Assembly (NCBI GenBank): GCA_004764695.1
Contig: SMSO01000036.1
Location: forward strand, 1,736,001 to 1,800,000
Length of the DNA stretch: 64,000 nucleotides
Origin: Schizochytrium sp. TIO01
Taxonomy: Eukaryota > Protista > Bigyra: Labyrinthulomycetes
Direction of reading: 5' to 3'
The position numbers were made by a program, and so were the translations under genes. The first letter of the stretch is position 1. Each line of letters starts with the position of its first letter. The notes under the pieces were generated by a model that did not search any database, had not been told where the DNA came from, and was given only the letters and a program-made list of their open reading frames with translations. Of this stretch, positions 21,522 through 33,003 are shown piece after piece.

Positions 21522-22826
21522 TCAAGAGTTTGTGCCATGAGAGACATCAGTGAGACCCCGGAGGGTGTCTTGAGAATTGAGATTGTGTGAAGGGTCCGAT
21601 GTCACACGATCTGAAGTTGGATTTGGCTTTGTGCGCTTCGTCCGTAAGGGCTCTTCTAATTGCTCTTGGGTGTGAAAGCGCTCGAAACAAGTGGCAGCCT
21701 TTTCACCAAGGAACCTTTGGGGCTCGCCCGCACAGGCTGTGCGGTGCAACGGAACTTTGCACACCGAGCACCTGTATGTCGCCTGACCACCACAGACCGC
21801 ACATGTCGCCTGAATACCCTTCATGGCCCCACTACGCGGGCCGTGTTTAATTTCCCGGAAACCAAGTGGCTCCATGTCGTGATGTATGTGACGATTCAGC
21901 CGGACCTTTTTCGCCATGCCTTCATTGAACCACTTTTGCAGCATAGGACTCCTTTTTGGCATGCGTGCTAGAACACGTTCCATTTCCTCCGAGAGAATGT
22001 CATTATTTGCAGGTGTTGTCCTTGTCATCATTGTGGCCCTCTCTGGGAGCCTGAGGTTCACTGTTTTGAAGTAAGAATTGCTCTGCTCCTGCAATAGACC
22101 TAGATCAATTGAGCTTTCATTTGCAGCGTCACGCGCCATTTCCAAGCACATGGTAGCCAGAGTCCAACATAAATCTTTGCATTGAGTAATTCTTTCTAAA
22201 CTCTGGCTGCCAGACCTCCAAGAGTCTTGTGGAAGCGCCATTTGCTGTGTCTTGACATCTCCAAGCAATGCTGTAATCTTATCTGGTGTTGGGATCAAGA
22301 ACGCCAGCCATGACGAGCTTGATATTACATAGCTGGACCAGATCATGAGTGATCTATCGCGGCTCAGTCCGAGCACTGCCCAAGCCACCACAAACGCTGC
22401 CATGGATCGTGCTTCCCATTCCTCTATCGTTCTTGATGACGCTGCTGCAGCTGTTGAACAAATATCTGTGCAAACATCTCCCAAAGTAGTGCTTGTGTTG
22501 GCGTTGGACTCCAAGTTCATTCCCGCATTTGAGGACTTGCTTTCACGAGTCATTGTATCCGCAGCAATGCTTACCTTGTCCAGGCATCGCAACACGCTCT
22601 CTGCAAACGAGTTTGTTGAAGAAGACCCCGGGTGGAAGACCTTACCCAAGTTTGCGTTGTTACCGCCGAGCCCAAGGCCATGCCCGTGACTTCCATGGCT
22701 TCCATGGCTGCCGTGGCCCCCATGGCCTAGTAGACCTGAGGCGCTGCCCAGGACCATGTCTGAGGGAGGCAATGGTGTGGAGTCCTCATCCTGTCCGCGC
22801 AGGTGGACTGTGTCTCCGCCAGCCAT
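21522..22826 (-). CDS. piggyBac-like transposase-derived protein with C-terminal Cys-rich zinc-binding domain; catalytic core absent
   Basis: Intact 434-aa ORF. The C-terminus VRLNRHIHH...CAVC-x7-CSVCKVPLH...CFERFH matches the piggyBac/PGBD C-terminal cysteine-rich domain pattern. The N-terminus is Gly/His-rich low complexity. Confidence 0.65.
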   Translation of the reverse strand: MAGGDTVHLRGQDEDSTPLPPSDMVLGSASGLLGHGGHGSHGSHGSHGHGLGLGGNNANLGKVFHPGSSSTNSFAESVLRCLDKVSIAADTMTRESKSSNAGMNLESNANTSTTLGDVCTDICSTAAAASSRTIEEWEARSMAAFVVAWAVLGLSRDRSLMIWSSYVISSSSWLAFLIPTPDKITALLGDVKTQQMALPQDSWRSGSQSLERITQCKDLCWTLATMCLEMARDAANESSIDLGLLQEQSNSYFKTVNLRLPERATMMTRTTPANNDILSEEMERVLARMPKRSPMLQKWFNEGMAKKVRLNRHIHHDMEPLGFREIKHGPRSGAMKGIQATCAVCGGQATYRCSVCKVPLHRTACAGEPQRFLGEKAATCFERFHTQEQLEEPLRTKRTKPNPTSDRVTSDPSHNLNSQDTLRGLTDVSHGTNS

Positions 22827-24125
22827 CGTGACTGCACCCTATTCTCGCTATGCCGAGCGTCTCTTTCTTCATCTCTAAGGATCGCGTATTAATACGCAGA
22901 GTGAGCTTTGCGGTGATACTATATGTATCAGTAAGCACTGTTAAATATTCCTTTGACCTTCTTTGACTAGGAGTGCACTACGAGTGACTATACGGTTAGT
23001 TCTATAGTCTCGCGAGGGAAGGGAAAAAAGCGGCGGATGGTATAGTTGACTTTTTCTAAGGTATAAATCACTTGTGGAAACTTAAAGTTCATTTTGGAGA
23101 AGGGAATATTATACTTGGAATAAAAGCAGTTCATCAATAAAGCGTAGAAAAGAATACAATCTTTGAAGCTTGACGAGAGCACAATACATCCCAAATTGAC
23201 AGAAGAAATTGACAGAAGACTTCGGCTTCTTACAGCCAACAGGAAAAAGCCCAAATTATTAAACACAATGACTTTAACGCATAGTCCAACAAAGCGAAAT
23301 GCATAACATTACCATGAGATCTGCCCTTCAAAATTCTTCCTTTCCTGGTCAAAGGCAACTCCTAAATATCTTTCAGCTTGGACTAAAACTCAAATCACTG
23401 TTGAAGATACGAATCTATCAATCACTGAGAGGTTTTCGAAACAACTCATTGTTTCAAGTCTTAAAACTTTAATAACATGGTGTGGGCGGTATTATAGTGA
23501 AGCGTATTCATATTTGTATATATTTATTCTCAAACTTTGAAAGATTGACTTTTTTTTTTTTTCAAACATTAAAAAACAACAAAAAACACTTGAAACCAGC
23601 TTCATATCATAATGATGCCAAATGTAGAAAGGACTACTGCCTCAATACCTCGATGTATAATTCAAAATAGAGCCTAGCGCTTATGAGTTTTAATTGAAGA
23701 GTAAATTAATTTTTAAACATTATATGGACATGTTTAGGCCTGGTTATTTATGTTATATATATATATATATATATTAATGATAATAATAACTGTCTCATTA
23801 GAAATTCGTATTTAGTTCTTATTATGGCCGAGTCAGCATCGATACTTCAATTGCAAATACAATTGATAATGACTTTGCGAGAGACCATTAGAGCATGCCT
23901 GTTTGTTAGATAAATGAGTCGAATGAGATTCACGATCAACCAAAATTTCATGTCAGGGGGTATTGTAGGTATTAGATAGTATAAGGTAGGATTTTAGACT
24001 TGGAGTGGTTGATTTCTAATACAAAATAATATGATAAAATACCCGCTGTCTTTTAAAATTGTTCCCTAATAAAAGATGTAAAGCTATAATATGGTCTATT
24101 ATACCCTACACCTCTTATTGGACAG

Positions 24126-25745
24126 GAATTGCATTTCGACTCAGTTGAAATTGGCAAGGCAGGATCACAATCAAGATCAGAAACAGGACTAGTTCATGGC
24201 GACCTGAAACTCCAACGAAGGTCATTGAGTCGTGGAAACTTGGCAGCACGAATTAGAGCGCTAAGAGAGAGGCCATGGTTCCAGACAAGTTGGTCTCTAC
24301 TGAAGAGAAAACCAAGGCTGATTTGGAGCGAAGTGGAGTCGTCAACTCCAAAACAAGGTGCTGGCGAAGGTCTGCGATACGCAGAGAAAGACCGGACAGC
24401 AACATGCAAGTTTGCTGATTTGATCGCCAGAGCTTCAATTGAAGAATGCAAACAGCAATGTCCTGGGTTCCTGGAAAAAACACTGCACTCCACTGAGCAA
24501 ACCGTATTAGCAGCGATCCTCATGACAAAAGGTTCTCCTCCTGGCCCACCCAAGGTACTTTCATTCGGAATGGGCACCAAATTCGTGCGTGCCCAAGCTA
24601 AAGAACGTGACCAGGAGCTTGGAAATCTTGTGCATGATTCTCATGCTGAGATTCTAGCTAGACGTGCATTCATTCGCGTCGTTGTGGATGAGCTAGTTAA
24701 GCTTCGCAAGAATGGAGAATCAGACTTCCTCTGTATTGACAAAGAGACACAACGTGCTCAGCTCCAATCGGATGTTTGCTTGCATCTATACACTAGCAGC
24801 ACGCCTTGCGGCAATTCTTCTGTACGCCGTTGGGCTTCCGCTAAGCCCGAACCCAAAATGCCTGCAGACCTCCCTCCTAATTCATGGCCTTCTCTCCCTC
24901 ACGAAGCGATAACCCTTGCCAACCGAGGTGAAGGTCAAATTGCAGCAAGTGTAAAACGTGATCTAGAATCTATGCAGCAGGAGCAGCAGGAGCAGCAGGA
25001 GCAGCAGAAACAACAAGAGCAGCAGGAGCATCAAAACAGTAGTGAAGAGAATTCCAAGAAATCGAAAAAAAAGGGTGGCAAAGAAAAGCCTACGTTTGCG
25101 GAAGGAACAGCTGAACCGAAAACAGGCCAAGGCAATATCCTCTCATGTAGTGACAAAATTGCTCTTTGGAATATAGTTGGTCTTCAAAGTAAATGGCTTG
25201 TCGATAACGTTGAACCACTTTATTTGACAACATTAACTGTTGGTCGAAAGTTTGCTCGTCGCCATCTCCAACGTGCGGTATGTTGTCGCTTGCAAGAGAT
25301 GCCAGCTCACGGCCCATTTATCTTGCACCATCCAGTTTTGCTGCGAACAAGCGTGAAATTGAATGAAGGCAATGTTGAGCAAGACGCTAAAGCAGCTTTC
25401 TCAAATAGCGTAGCTGTGCATTGGGCAACAGGGGATACGTCAGGGACGCATTATTTGCAAGGAGATGAAGGCATTCCTGTAGACGGCCAAGTAGGTGAAT
25501 CACCCCTTTGCCGTGCAGCCTTGCTCAAGTACATTGCTGCTGCTAATCTTTCTCAAGGCGGAGTAGACGTATCTGGCCTTCGTTCTCTGTATGCGAAAGC
25601 TAAACTTCAAAGTGTTGAGTTGCTCATGTCTCGCGACACGCCATCTTTTATTCCTAGAAAAAGGCGGAAGCAGCATCAGCAGCATCAACAACAAAGGTTT
25701 CAACGGAAGCCAAAGGGGGAAGATACTGCAAGACAGTTAGAATAG
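24126..25745 (+). CDS. Adenosine deaminase acting on RNA/tRNA (A_deamin domain; ADAT1/Tad1- or ADAR-like, no dsRBD); 5' end uncertain
   Basis: Motifs FADLIA, TVLAAIL, GMGTK, HDSHAEILARRAF (Zn-ligand His and catalytic Glu), LHLYTSSTPCG, SCSDKIALWNIVGLQ, EPLYLTTLTVG. There is no in-frame ATG before the domain. An acceptor ...ttattggacAG ends at 24125; a possible exon 1 at 23914..23964 (ATT|GTAGGT) would splice in frame. Confidence 0.85.
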   Translation, partial: ELHFDSVEIGKAGSQSRSETGLVHGDLKLQRRSLSRGNLAARIRALRERPWFQTSWSLLKRKPRLIWSEVESSTPKQGAGEGLRYAEKDRTATCKFADLIARASIEECKQQCPGFLEKTLHSTEQTVLAAILMTKGSPPGPPKVLSFGMGTKFVRAQAKERDQELGNLVHDSHAEILARRAFIRVVVDELVKLRKNGESDFLCIDKETQRAQLQSDVCLHLYTSSTPCGNSSVRRWASAKPEPKMPADLPPNSWPSLPHEAITLANRGEGQIAASVKRDLESMQQEQQEQQEQQKQQEQQEHQNSSEENSKKSKKKGGKEKPTFAEGTAEPKTGQGNILSCSDKIALWNIVGLQSKWLVDNVEPLYLTTLTVGRKFARRHLQRAVCCRLQEMPAHGPFILHHPVLLRTSVKLNEGNVEQDAKAAFSNSVAVHWATGDTSGTHYLQGDEGIPVDGQVGESPLCRAALLKYIAAANLSQGGVDVSGLRSLYAKAKLQSVELLMSRDTPSFIPRKRRKQHQQHQQQRFQRKPKGEDTARQLE

Positions 25746-26039
25746 AAAAAGCGCCAATGTTGTTGAAAGCGCTGGGTATTTAACCAGAAAGGGTTTGGGT
25801 ATTGTCGATCTTGACATCTCCAATCTAGGCAATGTCATGAACGGGTTTTAAAAAAAGAGACATTTTGTGTTTCGCAAGTTCGTAAAGCATGTTTTTCAGA
25901 AAATTAAATCTAATATGACTCGCACGTGTATACTATTTAAGTATGCACTGTGAACCTTTAGAAAATATAGAGATTTAAACAATTGGAACGCTGTAAAAAA
26001 ATAAATGAAACATGCATCCCTTCAACCTTCGGGCGATGA

Positions 26040-27566
26040 TCATGGTCTGTCCATTGTGCCAGGTGTATCATTGGCATTTGCCAAATCGCCACTATTGGTT
26101 TCAGATAGGTTTGCAGATGCTTTCGAATGGGTGGGCTCATATACATCTTCGTAGAACCAGTGCCCATAGAGAAGCTGACCCATAAAGAATGAAATGAGAA
26201 TACAAATAAAGAAACCAATGTTGAACGTCATTGCTAAAAGCATCAGACTGTAGTCAATCGAGGAGATCACTAAAGTGAAGCAGGCACGAATAGTGTTACG
26301 GTACAAGAGTCGACCAGCAAGAGAGTTCACTTGTATGGAAGTTGAGTCATCAAAAGCTATCTGAGCGATTGCCCGCAGCGTTCCGGACATTCCAAGGCTA
26401 CAACGTGGGTCTGAACGGTGCAGGCCCAAAGGACACGCATCCCATTGTTTTTGCTTGCGGTGACGAAGACCCTTTAGAAGAGCAGAAAGTAAGCCAGAAA
26501 GAATAATCACGAAGCAGGTTAGCACGTAGCTTTGAAAACTCACAGTAACAAAACCCTGAAATAGAACGTATTCAACAGTGCCTTTGTGAAAGTACATCCG
26601 CATCTCTGGCACAAAGTTCTGGACCTGTGGGCACTTGAGCTTATTCAAAAAGTTCATAGCGACAGTTGACCTTCCCGAGGCGCGGTGCAACTCTTTGCAA
26701 GAGGGTGCAAGGATTTGACACTGAGGCATATTCATTGACGCGCATAGATCTGCAAGCCTTTGAACTGGGTGCGCACACTCATGCCCATGGCAGTGGCATC
26801 CGGGCATGCTCATCTCCGAGCACATCCCCATAATTGCATTATGTGCGTCAGCGTGTGAAGGGAGAGTTGAGAGCGGAACTTCTCGGTAGCAGGATGCAAG
26901 CTGCTTGCCATTGCTGACGCAAAGCGCTTTATAGTCTTGACAAAGCGCATTTCCAGCTTTATCAACAGCAGCTTTGGTTTCCTGAGATGTGCAAATTGCG
27001 TACGTAAGCTCTTTTGAGTCGCAGAGACCACCAGTTTCGCTCTCACACTGCTTGGAGAGCCAGCATACTGAGGACTGCATCTCATCAAGCTCGCAGACTT
27101 GTTTGATCCACGCTCGGATGTTAGCAGTTCTTGAAAACGAGCATGACGCTGCATTGCAATTGTCGGCAGAGATATCTTGCAAGCATGCCTCAATGCATTG
27201 TGGACGATTGTACGGTTTCGGACCCTCATAGAGGACGGTTCGAGGTGGGCGGATAGAGCTCTCTTGTGGTTCTGAGGAGCTCATGAGCCTCGCAGCAGTG
27301 CTCACGAGGCCACTCTGTACACTGAGCGCCACGACAATGAGCCCCACCATGAACCCCAAAATCTTGAGCGCCCATTTATCCTGGTTCTGTTGACGGATAC
27401 GCCGCAGCTCCTCTTGGGAAATCGAAGACAGGCGATCCTCGGTTTCAATGATACCCTGAGCCATCTTTGCGGGTACCTTCTTCTCAATGGGGCGTGGAGA
27501 GCTCCGCCTTCGCATCGTCATTGAAGAATGGACTCTCATTCTTGCTAATCTCCAAATAATAAGCAT
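26040..27566 (-). CDS. Ctr/SLC31-family copper transporter with large Cys/Met-rich ectodomain (Dictyostelium P80 / Chlamydomonas CTR-like)
   Basis: MRMYFH motif before TM1, DYSLMLLAMTFN (MxxxM) in TM2, TM3 FFICILISFFMG. Cys-Met motifs MCSEMSMPGC and LCASMNMPQC. Extra N-terminal hydrophobic segment. The start may be at 27464 (MAQG...). Confidence 0.88.
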   Translation of the reverse strand: MLIIWRLARMRVHSSMTMRRRSSPRPIEKKVPAKMAQGIIETEDRLSSISQEELRRIRQQNQDKWALKILGFMVGLIVVALSVQSGLVSTAARLMSSSEPQESSIRPPRTVLYEGPKPYNRPQCIEACLQDISADNCNAASCSFSRTANIRAWIKQVCELDEMQSSVCWLSKQCESETGGLCDSKELTYAICTSQETKAAVDKAGNALCQDYKALCVSNGKQLASCYREVPLSTLPSHADAHNAIMGMCSEMSMPGCHCHGHECAHPVQRLADLCASMNMPQCQILAPSCKELHRASGRSTVAMNFLNKLKCPQVQNFVPEMRMYFHKGTVEYVLFQGFVTVSFQSYVLTCFVIILSGLLSALLKGLRHRKQKQWDACPLGLHRSDPRCSLGMSGTLRAIAQIAFDDSTSIQVNSLAGRLLYRNTIRACFTLVISSIDYSLMLLAMTFNIGFFICILISFFMGQLLYGHWFYEDVYEPTHSKASANLSETNSGDLANANDTPGTMDRP

Positions 27567-30500
27567 AGTGCATTATACACACTCTTCATTCTGGCACTTA
27601 GAGCGTAGTAATCATTGCTGCCAAGTTCCACGAATACGCGCTGAGGATGTCAATCTTCGAGGCTTGAGCTGAGTCAAGCTCGATAGATTAGCATCAGCCA
27701 CCAGGCGGCAAGATGTTGCATTTCATTTGCGCCCCATTTCTTAATTTGTTCTTGATTCTTCAAAGTAGGTAGGACACCATCATCAAGAATTGTATAAATT
27801 GTCATCCTGTTTAGTAGATATACACAATCATTTTGACACTTCCAACAGAGGGAAAAAGGTGGAGGAGGGGGGGGAGGAAAATGATTCTTCTGGGGAGACT
27901 ACCAGGTGCAGGCGCACTGCAAGCTCTATGATAATGATTTTATAATATGATAATATCAAATTTTATACAACAACAACAACAACAACGACGACGACAAGAC
28001 CTACTTTGCTTGTGTATTTTAATTTAAAAAAAAAATAAGAACTTATTAGAATGAAACTAAAGCCAAAGTAATTGAAAGTAGTCGAAGATCATTATAGGTA
28101 AAAGTAGTATATGTAGTAGTCAGAAGTTTTGTTGTAATTCTTCCACGTAGGCAAAAACTCATGATTTTAGAATGATAATAGTTCGTTGGACAAGCGCCAG
28201 TCAACTTGTTTAAAGTCCCTTGTAGATTTTTAAGCTTGACTCTTGAGAGTGAAAGCACACGCACGCAAGTGTTACCTACAAAGTATCTAGGCCTACATAG
28301 AATTTGCTTGTGACTCCGGTGTCTCGAAAGAGCCCTGCGTTGTAGCCACAGCGTACGGCAGTGAAACGTTCTTTGCACTATCACACTAGAATAGGTCTAT
28401 GCTATAGAGGCCTTCGTGGTGGTGCACAGGGCTGATGTGCTTCACAACGAGCTGCTTCATGCAACCTTCAGTGGAGTAGCGTCATTGAATGTGGCAAATC
28501 TTTGTATTGGTCTTATCAATTTGATAGAGAAACTGACAACCTCGAATTGCTCCAAAACCAACATATGTCTGTGTCTATCAATTGCAATTTGTTGGTCACT
28601 TAAAGGACGTTTTTCTGCGAGACATGGAATGACCGAACCCCGAATTTATATTATAAATCTTGGTTGAAACTTGAGAATTCTAGAAACTATTGTTATTTTT
28701 TTTAAAAGGTTCATCGACTTCAATTTTATGTTTCAAGCAGACTGCAAAGCCTAAGCTAAGAATCATCTAAAGATCTAACTGGAACCCAAGGCAGAGAGCT
28801 GATATTTAGTTGAAATACGTTATACCTTGAGATAAACCTCAACAGCACATGCAAGACGAATAAGTCGCTTGAGAGTGATCTGTAAAGATTTTACCTTTCT
28901 AGGTTTGTTTGGGTCAGCAGAAAGCTTTTCCTAGGCTGGTTCTAAATCTTTGTATATCAACTTCAATTTTTCTCTATCAGACCTACATGGAATTTGCGGA
29001 ATCAAAATATTTCAGACTACGCGTATGGGGTTGCTTTTCATGATAGCAAAATGCTGAGGATTCGCACTAAGGCGAAATCTTTCAACCTTGCTAGTGTTCA
29101 CAAAATAGTTTCTTCTTCCCTATTGGTACTTGCGGATAGCGGTAGTCTTTGTTTGTTTAGAATGCGCGAAGCTGATTTGTTGGGTCTAATGCAAACATTC
29201 GTGCCCAAAACTTTTGGATGAGTCAAATCTTTATAAATTGTCTAAATACAGAAGCTTCTCATAGAAGAGATTCTTGTACAAAAGTTTGTTTTTCTCTGAT
29301 CATTCGTAGATATGAATTACTGAGGTCACTTCAACTTCATCAGCACTTTTCAAGATGTGAAAGGTAAGCATCCCTAAATTCGCCGAGCAGTTGAGACAGT
29401 AGAAGCAACGCCAATGGTAATTGTCGCACAAAGGTTGTGAATGCAAAAGTATTTAGAGTAATTATCCAGGCCACTTAAACCTTGCTTGAACACAGTATGA
29501 TTAAAAAGGGCACAACGGGGATATGTGGAGACATGACCTTCCAGACTTCAAGAAGTGGATGAATAAAAAAAATCGCACTAGTAGTTACTAACTAGTGTGT
29601 CAATGACAGACCGGCTGGACGCTTAATTTTGATCTATCGATCGGAACGCAGAAGTCCGTCGCGAAATTAATACAAACGTATCTACTACTAGTGTTGAACA
29701 ATGAGGAATTTGCTTGCAAGCAGAATACTCTGTTAGTTTTGCGCCAAAAGGGGCATTTCGGCTGCTCGCTACCTGGAACCATTCAATGAGGAGAACAACT
29801 CGCAAGTGAATATAATAAGAGGAAGGATCATTTAAGCCATAAGACCAAATAAACCAAGTCAATCAATTGACACAGATGGAGACCCCTGAGCAGCTGCTAC
29901 TACCCCACTTGCTGTTTAGTATCTCAACAGTGATTTCCACAGAGATGGCTTGCTGCCTCTTGATTATTTTGTTTCACGTCAGCCCAATAAAGCATCATTT
30001 AAGTTTTAATTAAACTAAATATTTATTATTATGTTATAGTCTTCTATTATTATTATTCATTTTAATTATCATTCCCTATTTTGCCTTTAAAATAAAAAAT
30101 CCCTCGCCGCCGCAAATGTGACAAATACATGAGCGGACAATTCTACGATAAGCTATTTATCATCCCTATCCCTACTGCCTACTACCTTCAAATCGCACAT
30201 GACCTTACTGCCGAACCCACCGCCAAGCAAGTCCCAAATCGCAAGCTTACTGCTAAGAGCATGAGCACTTCATGTAGGGGTCTTGATGGTGCAAACGCTG
30301 ATCCTGCCATTTGCGTCATCACCTGCAAAGCTGGCGAATCGCTCTCAACTCAGACGATAGATAACTCCCACACCAACATCCATCCATTCGTTTTTGCTCA
30401 GGTCCTCGAAACCTACTACTCCTCCGCCTCCAACCCCTGGCGGTAGGCTATCACAGACTCCTTCTGAATGCGTCAATGTGTTTTCTTTTACAAGAAGCTA

Positions 30501-33003
30501 AGCAGAGCTACATTCACTGCTGGCGATGACGAAGAGTCACCTTCATGTTCTACTGCAGCGTGCTCCGCAATCGGAAGGGGCCACGTTCACGCTGAGGTCG
30601 AGTGTTCGAGCGACTTGGATCGAGGTGATTGAGTAAGTGGCCGAGAGAGCGAATGAGTGAGTGGTGCCGCGGCGCTTTTCACAGTATGTCTGAAGGAGGT
30701 TCCCGGTTCCTGCGGTTCTTTGCTGTGAAGACCTCCACGAAGGCAGCACTTTGAAGCGTGCCGGTATTTGTGCAGCTGCAGCAGAATCCCGGCACCCCTC
30801 GCGTACTTTGTTCTTGTCGATCAATCAGCTGCTCTCACTCCGCTCGCTGCCGCTTTGGCATTTTCGTCTGCGAGTGAGTTGTTGTCGAAGTCTGCAGAGC
30901 TTTGTTGTCGACGGGTGACCTTGTACGTACATAGTACTGCTATACTTACGCAGAAGCAGCGGCCGAAGTCGCTGACTGGACCTCGTGAGATGAACTCGGC
31001 GTCGTTCACGGCTTCGTTCTCGTAGAGGTCAAAAGCTAGCTTTCATGTGGCCACCTGGGTGATCAGAAGCAACAGCGCAAGCCGGCGACCGAGACCAACC
31101 GTTGAAACAATAAGACGCCCTCGACGGTTAGCTGACTGTCCTAGTGGTGGACGAGAACCTGCCCGAGGGCGCTGGTTCACCTTGGTGGTGTTTGTTCTCT
31201 TGTCTCCTCATTTGCGGAGGCCACTCTGACCTCAGAAGATGAAATAGAAATGAATAGTCTTCGCGCCGCGTGGGTCTCCTCGGCAATGCGGTGAATCAAT
31301 CAAATAAAACACATGCCGCCGGAAATCCAACCCTCTGCGATGTTATTTTCAGAGTACATACAGCCCATACCTCTATAGTTATTGGCGTTGTTGACCTGCC
31401 TGTTGTAAAGTTGATATGATTCGCAGCAATTTCTCTTTCTTTCACACGAGAACACCAATACAAATCTTGCCGCTCATTTGCCTTCTTGCAGAAGCATCCG
31501 GGCTTGTCCCTCCAACCATCAGCAAGATTCGTCGAGAATCTTGCGCATCGCCATCTTCAGACAGCCACCATTCTCGTAGAGGTGCTCAGCTCTCGAGCTG
31601 GCAAGTAGCTTGAAGTTGAGCAGACTTCACGGCCTCAATAGCCCATCCATCTACCTTCTAATTGACAAGGAAAGACCTCCTTGTTAATCAATTGCACGAG
31701 ACAAACGAAAGGACAGCGCGAAAGAGAAAACACACAAAGCCCGCTCCTACCCTTTTCCCTAATGCCCCATAGCGCTCTTCCTGAAGAAGACACTGATTTT
31801 CTACAGAAAAGTGCCCGTCTTATCAGTGAACCTGTAGGTAATAATGGACGAATCACTCGCACAGCTTGAAGGGCCATCGACCATTGCAGCCGCACATACA
31901 CGGCTGGGTAGGCAGTCTCTACGCAGGCCCAGGACCCCGTAGCAGAAGAAGCAGAGCGAAAGAAAACATCTCGAAAGAAAAGGAGCGGGATGACGGCGAG
32001 CGAATCTCGGCGCCTGCCGCCTTTCTTGGCCGTGTAACAATTGTATGGCCTGTAATATCTACTACATCAAACACAACAAGCTCTGGCGGATCTTTGGCTG
32101 AGAATCTCCTCTGGTGGTTTTCAAGCTGTGCACAGCCCTCTTTAAAGCACGGAGCTGCGCTGGCCTATTCACGCCAACCGGCATGACTTGGGCGAATCTG
32201 GCTTCAGCACGAGTAAGAACCCCAACAGCCACCACTTCCATGTCCGCGCTTGGTCCTTGTTGCTGTCGCTGTTCCTGCTCTTGCTTGCAACACGTTGTGA
32301 GAACTTGCCAACCGCAAGCTTTTACGAAGTTTGTTTCCACAACCAACCGTGGAAGAGTGATCTGCCACTTTCTTTGAACCCAAGCTAAGTCAAACTATGC
32401 AGTAATCGGTCCTCTCGAGCAATCCTGAGAGGTTTCAACCCAGACATTACCTCAGCGAATCACAAGAACGTTTATGTTTCATGGATTTGCGTTATTTGCG
32501 ATTCTATCGCTGTCGGTCGGCGTAACCGAGTCCTATGAGTTTGTGCTAATTCTAAATGGAACCTCGGTCGCCGTCCATAGAGGGCAGGCATCATCATCAT
32601 CCTTATCTCGCAGCAAACCCAAATTGTCGCACAGCAGGAGAGGTGGCCGCGTTGTGACGGCACGAAGCTGGTCTCTATCTTTATACATTTCGCACACGTT
32701 TCTCTGTTGCAGTGGATTTCAGAGTCTCACCCCCTCCTTCGCTGGCGTACGCTTTGGCTCTTGTCGTCGACCTTTCGCCAGAACTGAGCAGCCCAAGTCG
32801 TTGACGCATTCGATTGCTCCATATCAGCTGATCAGGAGCCAGCCGCCTATCCCTCCAGTCTGCACTCGCCTTTCACGGTCGCCCGAACATCGTGCAGAAG
32901 TGCAGTGAAGGCCCGTGGTCTCATCACTTATCCAGAAAGAAGAAGAGCTCGAGTTGGCGCATTCCCATTCTTGGAGAAGCTTTTCTCTCAGAATTCCTCG
33001 GCA

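Noticed and set aside
24275-24418. Out-of-frame ATG ORF ending TGC-TGA at the start of the deaminase domain, as a +1 frameshift candidate
   Set aside because: The conserved FAD-x-I motif is encoded in the main frame across that stop, and an upstream splice acceptor is a simpler explanation.
16457-27566. ABCB Cys loop, His-rich protein and Ctr as a 'metal homeostasis cluster'
   Set aside because: Genes are in mixed orientation with an unrelated deaminase between them; proximity alone does not show co-function in a eukaryote.
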